A stretch of 40,914 bases of DNA from a virus (Duplodnaviria; Caudoviricetes). Location: positions 1-40,914 of IMG/VR virus record IMGVR_UViG_3300020045_002072, one strand, 5' to 3'. Below the pieces are notes generated by a model. That model was not told the DNA's origin. It saw only the letters and a list, made by a program, of their open reading frames with translations, and made no database searches. Each line of letters opens with the position of its first letter. Positions within the stretch are counted from its first letter, which is position 1. Shown here one piece after another: positions 34,703 through 40,914 of the stretch. Both the position numbers and the translations under genes were made by a program.

Positions 34703-37486
34703 ATGGGTAAAGTTTCGATATACAAATCAGCATTCGACAAAGATCCAGCGCATGAACTGCAAGCAGAAGGAAAGCTGCTTGATTGGCTTGTAGAAAACAT
34801 CGGCGGATTCGATCCGCTGTCTAGTTGGCACCCATTCACTGTTTTGATTAACGGGGCGCTGATTGATCAAAGGTGCTGGCCTATCGTGCACATTAAATCG
34901 GGCGATGTTGTCGAGTGGCGGGCAATGCCTCAAGATCCTGCAAGCTGGACAATTGCAACTTGGATCATGATTGCATCAGCGGCGGTATCTGTTGGATCGC
35001 TTATTTATGCGCTATCAATGAAAAAAGGCGTCAGCGGATCAAGCGCGAGCGCGCAAGGCTCTGCGATCACATCAGCATCAGCAACAGCGAATCAGCCTAA
35101 ACTTTTCGGAGTTGTCCGTGAATTATTCGGGCAACACATCTGTTATCCAGATTATCTTAATCAGCCTCGCAAGTGGTTTTCTGGCATAAAAGAGCAGTCG
35201 ATGGATGTCTTAATGGCTATCGGAGTTGGATATTATGATCTGCCAATTTCAAGAATGTTCATTGGTGAGACTGGTTTTGCAACCTTCGGTGAGTTTTTGA
35301 ATTACTCGCTATTCGATCCTGGTGTCAACATTTCATCACACCAAGCACATAAATGCTGGTATAACGCGCCAGAGGTTGGCTATACAGACTCATCATCAGG
35401 TCTTACATTGACCGCCGGAGCTTATGGCACTCAATACATGAGCGGCTCGCAGTATGCAGTATCTGGTCAGCAAATTACTATTCCTATCGGTAGCGGATCA
35501 CCTCCGGCAGATTGGGAAATTGGGAATAAGGTATCAATAAGCACGCCAAACATTCCGTTTACGGTAACAAACGGGACAACTAGAGATATCGTTTCTGGTG
35601 AATTCAGCAAATTATCATTATCTACTGGCAATACCATTGCGATATCTGGCGCACCTAGCAATAACGGGCTATACAAAATTTTCAGCTATACTGCTGGAAT
35701 TGATCCAGCATTAGATCAGATGACGCTAGATGTATGGGATACGAGAATTGTAAATAATATTGAGGTTACAGGTTGGTATCCTGCTGACTCGCTAACCACT
35801 GGCTCGAATAATGGCGACATACAAAAGCAGGGGCAGCGTTATGAGATTGACTCGATAATAACCGAATCGGTTGACGGAAGTGATGTTTCCATAGGTTTCT
35901 CTTTTACTAGGCTTCTTCTTGACGGTGAGAACGTAGATCCATCATGGGTTGGCTTTCAATATGAAAGCACTCTTCCTGACGCAATTATAGAGCTAGATCA
36001 ATCACAGGTCGTTGGCGGCTGGCTAGGCTGGTTCCCCGTTTGTCCGTCAGGCGAAACAACATCGCTGATCGAGTGGGATTTAACTACACCTAACGGTTTC
36101 GGGAAAATAAACAGCAGCGGAAGCATTGAAGGTAGATCTCGACGGGTTCAATATCAAATTAGGGTTGTCGGTGAGGCTGATCCGCTGATTAACGATTATT
36201 ACACCATCTCCGGAGCATCGCGGGATCAGCTCGGTTGGTCGCCACAGCTGGTGATTGCTAATGGTCGATATGAAATGCGCGTCCGCCGTATTGGTGCAGA
36301 AGACACAGCCACTAACTCAATGGACACGATTAATTGGTTCGGCCTGAAGTCACTACTTCCTACACCGACAAGCTACGCAGGCATAACCACGCTTGCTTTA
36401 ACTCTGACCGGCTCAGACACTATCGCGTCACAGACCGAAAACAAGATCAATGTCGTACCGCAACGCAAGCTGCAAATAGTGCAAGATGGCGCATTTACTA
36501 CCACACTTTATCCGACTAATGACATCGCGCCAGTTGTTAGGTATATCGCTCATTCAGTTGGTTATGACGACACGCAGATCGATATTGCCGAACTGATCCG
36601 CCTCGATGCGATCTGGAAAGCGCGCGGAGATACCTTCAAATACATCTATGATTCAAATGTCGTTGTGCGTGACGCCATTAACACAGCTTTGAATGTCGGC
36701 TTTTCTGAAATGACGGTAAGCCAAGGCAAGATCAAGCCGGTGCGCGATGAGCCGCGCGATATGCTGAACGCTCACATGTACACGCCACAAAATATGACAA
36801 AGACTCTAAAGACCAGCTTCTCGGTCGTTACGCCAGAGGAATCAGACGGCATTCGCGTGACTTATGTTGATGAAGATACATGGGAAGAGGCAACCGTGCT
36901 TTGCTTACTGCCAACAGATACCGGATTCAAACTTGACGAGATCACAATTGACGGCGTGACTACCCGCGATAAGGCTTATCAGTTAGGAATGCGCCAGCGC
37001 TCTATTCAATTCCACCGCCGCAAGAAATACACATTCAGCACAGAAATGGATGCACTAAACTCTGAATATTTTTCCACTGCCGTGCTGGGTGATGACATTC
37101 CAAGTTATGCGCAGTCAGGAATTATGTGGAGTATTCAGTCGCAAGGAGCCGACAAAGCTCTGATCCAATCTTCTGAAATGTTCACATGGAAAGATGGCGC
37201 GTCTCACGTTGTTTCATGGCGCAAGGCTAACGGCAAAATTGCAGGCCCATTTCCATGCACTAAAGTTAGTGATTTTTACCTGCTAGCAACCATCGGATCT
37301 GAACCGCTACCGACGATTAACGGCACACAAGAGCCGCCACATCTGCTATTCGGTACATCGACAGAATACGGCTATCCTGCAATCGTGACAAAGGTTGCCC
37401 CGTCGGGACGATTCGATATTGCAGTTGAGGCGGTCAATTACACAGATTCAGTGTACGCATATGACAACGCAACAGCTCCGGATTAA
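34703..37486 (+). CDS. Central tail tip/host-specificity protein (gpJ-like with fused gpI-like N-terminus)
   Basis: 927 aa; VRELFG....YPDYL, YE.RVRR, PVRDEPR, terminal AVNY...VY.YDNA. Confidence 0.87.
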   Translation: MGKVSIYKSAFDKDPAHELQAEGKLLDWLVENIGGFDPLSSWHPFTVLINGALIDQRCWPIVHIKSGDVVEWRAMPQDPASWTIATWIMIASAAVSVGSLIYALSMKKGVSGSSASAQGSAITSASATANQPKLFGVVRELFGQHICYPDYLNQPRKWFSGIKEQSMDVLMAIGVGYYDLPISRMFIGETGFATFGEFLNYSLFDPGVNISSHQAHKCWYNAPEVGYTDSSSGLTLTAGAYGTQYMSGSQYAVSGQQITIPIGSGSPPADWEIGNKVSISTPNIPFTVTNGTTRDIVSGEFSKLSLSTGNTIAISGAPSNNGLYKIFSYTAGIDPALDQMTLDVWDTRIVNNIEVTGWYPADSLTTGSNNGDIQKQGQRYEIDSIITESVDGSDVSIGFSFTRLLLDGENVDPSWVGFQYESTLPDAIIELDQSQVVGGWLGWFPVCPSGETTSLIEWDLTTPNGFGKINSSGSIEGRSRRVQYQIRVVGEADPLINDYYTISGASRDQLGWSPQLVIANGRYEMRVRRIGAEDTATNSMDTINWFGLKSLLPTPTSYAGITTLALTLTGSDTIASQTENKINVVPQRKLQIVQDGAFTTTLYPTNDIAPVVRYIAHSVGYDDTQIDIAELIRLDAIWKARGDTFKYIYDSNVVVRDAINTALNVGFSEMTVSQGKIKPVRDEPRDMLNAHMYTPQNMTKTLKTSFSVVTPEESDGIRVTYVDEDTWEEATVLCLLPTDTGFKLDEITIDGVTTRDKAYQLGMRQRSIQFHRRKKYTFSTEMDALNSEYFSTAVLGDDIPSYAQSGIMWSIQSQGADKALIQSSEMFTWKDGASHVVSWRKANGKIAGPFPCTKVSDFYLLATIGSEPLPTINGTQEPPHLLFGTSTEYGYPAIVTKVAPSGRFDIAVEAVNYTDSVYAYDNATAPD

Positions 37487-37505
37487 GTAAAGATATGATA
37501 GTATT

Positions 37506-37841
37506 ATGAAAATTTTGCACGAGAGGGCGCGGGAGATGATCAACTGGTTACGGGAAGTTGATAGTTCATTATGGGGTGTAATTATGTCGATAACTATGGC
37601 CGTGTTGCGAATTGTGCGCGACAAAGAGGAAGATAAATTTTTCCGAATTGCAGTAGAGGCGTTACTCTGCGGGGCTATTACGTTCACTATCGGGTCAGGC
37701 GTTAAGGCGCTAGGTTATGAAGGTTGGGATTTATTTATTGGTGGCGCTGTTGGAATGGCTGGTAGTCAGTATGTCAGGGCGCTTGGTCAAGCATGGATGA
37801 AGCGTAAAGCCGGAAGTGTAGAAGAAAATAAAGCCCCGTAA
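37506..37841 (+). CDS. Holin, lambda S-like family
   Basis: Three hydrophobic segments, A.LR...D, EALLCG, FIGG.VG..G, basic C-terminal KRKAG. Confidence 0.82.
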   Translation: MKILHERAREMINWLREVDSSLWGVIMSITMAVLRIVRDKEEDKFFRIAVEALLCGAITFTIGSGVKALGYEGWDLFIGGAVGMAGSQYVRALGQAWMKRKAGSVEENKAP

Positions 37842-37851
37842 CGGGGCTTTT
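37830..37851. terminator. Bidirectional intrinsic terminator
   Basis: AAAGCCCC-GTAAC-GGGGCTTTT between converging genes. Confidence 0.75.
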
Positions 37852-37886
37852 AACTGACCGAATAAAGCATAAACGTTAAAACAACA

Positions 37887-38135
37887 TTAACCGCCAACAC
37901 GATCAGAATTAACGGAAATAGATTTCTCATTATCTTCTCCACCAATCGCAGTAACCTGCATAATTGTTTTGCTTGCGGAATCGACCTCATCAAGCAGAGA
38001 ATCGAGATACTCATGCGGCGTTAAAATGTCGTTGCAGCCAGTTGTAATATTAACCGCTTCAATTTGATGCACAGATTCAAGCAGTTTTGATGCTGCATAT
38101 TTCAGTGTTGCCAGTTCAAGATACGTGAAATTCAT
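37887..38135 (-). CDS. Hypothetical protein
   Basis: 82 aa, coupled leftward cluster. Confidence 0.65.
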   Translation of the reverse strand: MNFTYLELATLKYAASKLLESVHQIEAVNITTGCNDILTPHEYLDSLLDEVDSASKTIMQVTAIGGEDNEKSISVNSDRVGG

Positions 38136-38323
38136 GCTTTGCGCTCCTGCAAAATCAACCGACAGCCTTGCTGATCTGCTAGCGTCATGCTGTTATGGTT
38201 GCGCTCAGTTACTACAGGCCATGATTCTTGCAATGCCAGATAAGCCTCGTTCATTGTCGCGTAACCAGTGATAAACGGATTGCGCGGATTTCCTGCTGCA
38301 TCAACTAATTTTCCTGTGATCAT
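38132..38323 (-). CDS. Hypothetical protein
   Basis: ATG 38323 (MITGKLV...) with AACAAGGAG RBS below a boxed promoter. Confidence 0.65.
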   Translation of the reverse strand: MITGKLVDAAGNPRNPFITGYATMNEAYLALQESWPVVTERNHNSMTLADQQGCRLILQERKA

Positions 38324-38351
38324 TTTTGTTACTCCTTGTTTTCGTGTTTTA

Positions 38352-38393
38352 ATAATAGCAATCACCACAGAACAAACATTGATCAAGATCACA
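38352..38393 (-). promoter_or_regulatory. CRP/FNR-type box plus extended -10
   Basis: Minus strand TGTGAT-CTTG-ATCAAT (38393-38378), 20 nt, TGC-TATTAT (-10 at 38357-38352). Confidence 0.65.
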
Positions 38394-38607
38394 CTTTCGT
38401 TAATTCGTAATATCTCAATACATCATCTTGAGTGATAGCCGCTGAATCAATAATGTGCCACAGATCAGGATTGCTTCCGCTTGCAATATCCAATCGCACA
38501 ACAGGCTCAACTGGTGATAATTTGCCCATCACTAATACGGTTCGCTTATGCTGATCCATGCTGCGAAATACACTGAACCGATCGCCTTGCTTGTCTAATA
38601 CAATCAT
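38389..38607 (-). CDS. Hypothetical protein
   Basis: 72 aa, AGGAG RBS. Confidence 0.65.
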   Translation of the reverse strand: MIVLDKQGDRFSVFRSMDQHKRTVLVMGKLSPVEPVVRLDIASGSNPDLWHIIDSAAITQDDVLRYYELTKV

Positions 38608-38798
38608 ACAATCTTAAACTCCTGTACTAAAAATTTACCAGACGGCATTTTTTTGGATCTTTGCAACCGAACTTTGCTTAGTCCATGCGCTAACACAGTC
38701 GCGATACTCACCACGCGCCAACCTTGAATATCCACCAAGCTTAAGCCATAATCCAGCACTTTTAAGATCATTAAATTTAGCATCGTTAAATTCAGCAA
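38604..38798 (-). CDS. Hypothetical protein
   Basis: 64 aa, coupled. Confidence 0.55.
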   Translation of the reverse strand: MLNLTMLNLMILKVLDYGLSLVDIQGWRVVSIATVLAHGLSKVRLQRSKKMPSGKFLVQEFKIV

Positions 38799-38801
38799 TC
38801 A

Positions 38802-39302
38802 TCACGAAACCTCATAAAAACTAACAATGAAAACAATTGGCTTTATTGTTTCAACAACAGCCAGGCTTCCGTGTTTTATATAGCAAACGCCTTTAGGAAC
38901 CGCGATTTTACCGAACTTAATTTCAGCGTAACTTCTTCTTAGCCATCGATATCCAGAATCTAAAAGACGCTGCTTTGCTTCACCGAAAGTATCAGTTATC
39001 TCATGGCGCTTGAATTCGATCTTCATTTTTCTGCGCGGAGCTTTCCGAATTCTGATTTTATACGTTACGCATGAAGCATAAATAATACTGCATCGCATCA
39101 TAATCTCTGATGAGCGAATCAGTTTTTTTGCTTTAACTGGTGACAGTCCAAGCATCTCATAAACGCATTCGATGCTTTGACCCTGCTCAACCATATTGAT
39201 AAACTCGCAAGCAAGATCATCATCAATGGCAGTGAATGGCTGCAATTTCTCGCAGCGCTCCATTAGTTCAGTTATGCAAATCATCTGCTTTACTCGCTGC
39301 AA
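38802..39302 (-). CDS. Hypothetical protein, possible HTH
   Basis: GQSIECVYEMLGLSPVKAKKLI resembles an HTH; start uncertain. Confidence 0.55.
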   Translation of the reverse strand: MQRVKQMICITELMERCEKLQPFTAIDDDLACEFINMVEQGQSIECVYEMLGLSPVKAKKLIRSSEIMMRCSIIYASCVTYKIRIRKAPRRKMKIEFKRHEITDTFGEAKQRLLDSGYRWLRRSYAEIKFGKIAVPKGVCYIKHGSLAVVETIKPIVFIVSFYEVS

Positions 39303-39585
39303 TATCCCATTCGTTAGATTCGCGCTCTGACTTTGCGAAATTAGTCAGCAACAGCCAGGCGTGTTTGTTGCCGTCATCCAGCATACGGAAAACATGCTGC
39401 TTCCACTGGTTACGCTTAATAAAAACACCAACCTGCTGGCAGTGCTTATATTCATAAGCAGCGTCAAACATGCACCACATCGCCTCATAAAGATCAGTTT
39501 GCGTTGCCAGATAGTTAAAGAAATCATCGAGCCGAGTTTCGTAAATTAGCTGCGCATGTTCGTCTGCGTTGTATTGTTGTTTCAT
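39268..39585 (-). CDS. Hypothetical protein
   Basis: ATG 39585 (MKQQYNAD...) with AAGGA RBS under the leftward promoter. Confidence 0.65.
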   Translation of the reverse strand: MKQQYNADEHAQLIYETRLDDFFNYLATQTDLYEAMWCMFDAAYEYKHCQQVGVFIKRNQWKQHVFRMLDDGNKHAWLLLTNFAKSERESNEWDIAASKADDLHN

Positions 39586-39615
39586 TCTGTTATTCCTTGC
39601 CGTTTCGATGAGATA

Positions 39616-39685
39616 ATTATCATTCACTACCGATAACAAAACAGTGATCTAGATCAACTAAATGCGATTATGTTTGAGTTATTAT
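39616..39685. promoter_or_regulatory. Divergent promoter pair sharing one CRP/FNR-type box
   Basis: AGTGAT-CTAG-ATCAAC (39643-39658); TATTAT 21 nt to the right (39680-39685) and GATAAT on minus 21 nt to the left (39621-39616). Confidence 0.65.
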
Positions 39686-39714
39686 TTTGATAACAAAATA
39701 AGGAGTAAAACAGC

Positions 39715-40176
39715 ATGAGCAAAAAACGAGTTATTGAGTTCACAGAAGATGAAATTCGCGGTTATCTCGCAAAGCGCCACACTCTGGCGACACTGGGCGA
39801 GGCGCACAACGCAGCGAAAGACACGGTATCGCGCAGCCTGTTAGCGTTGGGCCGTGAAGATATAAAGGCGCGTTTTGAGGAAAACCGTGTGCGCGGGTCA
39901 GCTAAGTTATCTTTACGCCAGCTGGAGGAGATCGCCGCCCGGGTAGAATCAGGTGAGTACATCGTGGATTTTTGTTCAGAGTATGATGTCACGGCGTGCG
40001 CGATCCGCTATCATTTCAAAAAGAACGGCATCAAACTGAAACGAGCTCCCAAGCCGAACACATGGCAAGAGCCTGTCGGAAAGACAATAACCATTAAAAG
40101 CAAAATGCCAGCAATAATTCCAAAAACACGCTTTACGCAATTTCATTCAATGATGACGAGAGCAATGCAGTTATGA
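39715..40176 (+). CDS. Putative DNA-binding protein with two HTH-like segments
   Basis: TLATLGEAHNAAKDTVSRSL and IVDFCSEYDVTACAIRYHF; AAGGAG RBS. Confidence 0.6.
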   Translation: MSKKRVIEFTEDEIRGYLAKRHTLATLGEAHNAAKDTVSRSLLALGREDIKARFEENRVRGSAKLSLRQLEEIAARVESGEYIVDFCSEYDVTACAIRYHFKKNGIKLKRAPKPNTWQEPVGKTITIKSKMPAIIPKTRFTQFHSMMTRAMQL

Positions 40177-40388
40177 AGGAACTATTCGCCATATTGTTGC
40201 TGGTTGGCTGCAATGATCCAATAAAGCACGAAACAAAGACCTACACCGGTAATTCTGAATGGATCAGGCTGCATAAGCTGGTAACCGAGATCGAAAGCAA
40301 GGAGGTTGAACGATGCATCAAAGACAAATCAACTTGCCAGTCTGCATCTAAAGACGCGCAAGACATGGTGCGATCGCTAGAAAAGTAA
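40173..40388 (+). CDS. Small lipoprotein
   Basis: MKELFAILLLVG-C signal peptide II with lipobox. Confidence 0.65.
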   Translation: MKELFAILLLVGCNDPIKHETKTYTGNSEWIRLHKLVTEIESKEVERCIKDKSTCQSASKDAQDMVRSLEK

Positions 40389-40400
40389 AATTTCGTTAAT

Positions 40401-40422
40401 GGCCGCCTGGTGCGGCTTTTTT
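40401..40422 (+). terminator. Intrinsic terminator
   Basis: GGCCGC-ctggt-GCGGCT-TTTTT. Confidence 0.7.
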
Positions 40423-40473
40423 GTGCCTGTAATTTCCAGATGGTGATAGAATTAGCAAAACACAGGGGGATTT

Positions 40474-40914
40474 ATGAGTAATTTTGACAAGGCATTCGAT
40501 CTGCTAATTGGCAATGAAGGCGGATATGTCAACAATCCAGCGGATCCTGGCGGGGAAACCAACTGGGGTATAACTCGAACAGTTGCAGTAGATAATGGCT
40601 ATGCCGGCAGCATGAGGCTAATGCCGAAAGAAACAGCAAAGCAGATCTACAAAAAAATGTACTGGGACAAGTTACAATGCGATCAACTTCCGTTTATTGT
40701 CGCATTTCAGTTGTTTGACGCTGGCGTGAATCACGGTAACGCGCAGGCCGCGAAGTTTTTACAGCGAGCGTTATCGGTTGCAGATGATGGCGTGATCGGA
40801 GCTAAAACTATAGCGGCAGTTAGCAAACTGGAAGATCTGCAAATCGTCATGCTATTCAATGCAGAGCGTATCGAGTTTTACACGGCACTTAAAACATTTT
40901 CAGCGTTCGGTAAA
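40474..40914 (+). CDS. Endolysin, glycoside hydrolase family 108 (5' part; ends at 169 after wrap, 162 aa total)
   Basis: EGGYVNNPADPGGETNWGIT, Y...YW, FDAGVNHG, LQRAL, DDGVIG. Confidence 0.93.
   Translation, partial: MSNFDKAFDLLIGNEGGYVNNPADPGGETNWGITRTVAVDNGYAGSMRLMPKETAKQIYKKMYWDKLQCDQLPFIVAFQLFDAGVNHGNAQAAKFLQRALSVADDGVIGAKTIAAVSKLEDLQIVMLFNAERIEFYTALKTFSAFGK
40794..40914. repeat. Terminal direct repeat, right copy
   Basis: Identical to 1-121. Confidence 0.97.

Noticed and set aside
38770-38798. 15-nt tandem duplication (MLNLT-MLNL) at the start of a small ORF
   Set aside because: Two imperfect copies only; no functional signal
40794-40914. 121-bp terminal repeat as a physical virion DTR
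   Set aside because: It falls in mid-endolysin and is best explained as assembler overlap of a circular or permuted genome

Overview
This window is a complete, circularly assembled genome of a tailed dsDNA phage of siphovirus type. Positions 1-121 are identical to 40794-40914, so the unit length is about 40,793 bp, and the endolysin gene runs across the join. The host is probably a gammaproteobacterium (inferred from the DnaB, Dam-like methylase, SSB and lambdoid Nin genes). The leftward early block holds RecT, a YqaJ/lambda-type exonuclease, dUTPase and a Dam-type methylase. A divergent promoter pair with one Cro-like HTH gene separates it from the rightward genes. These are KilA-N, an O-like initiator with iterons, a DnaC-like loader, DnaB, SSB, NinB/NinG, DUF3310, a proteasome-like Ntn hydrolase and a ParB-methylase. 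Head and tail genes follow, interrupted by several moron-like inserts and an antisense tRNA-Gly(TCC), and the lysis genes are split. I found no integrase, CI repressor, ParA or Q antiterminator. The most striking unannotated signal is six copies of the motif (T/A)GTGAT-N4-ATCAA, a CRP/FNR-type box, each containing GATC. Each sits 20-21 nt upstream of a good -10 hexamer (class II activator geometry), in front of accessory or early genes on both strands. This suggests a phage regulon driven by a host metabolic or oxygen regulator and possibly tuned by the phage Dam. Other observations are a beta-clamp-like gene flanked by a 90-bp direct repeat encoding duplicated ribbon-helix-helix proteins, a candidate antisense RNA over the initiator leader, a hidden 30-aa membrane peptide, a structured tRNA leader and a possible RBS-occluding pseudoknot. 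Family assignments come from motif recognition by eye; no database search was run.
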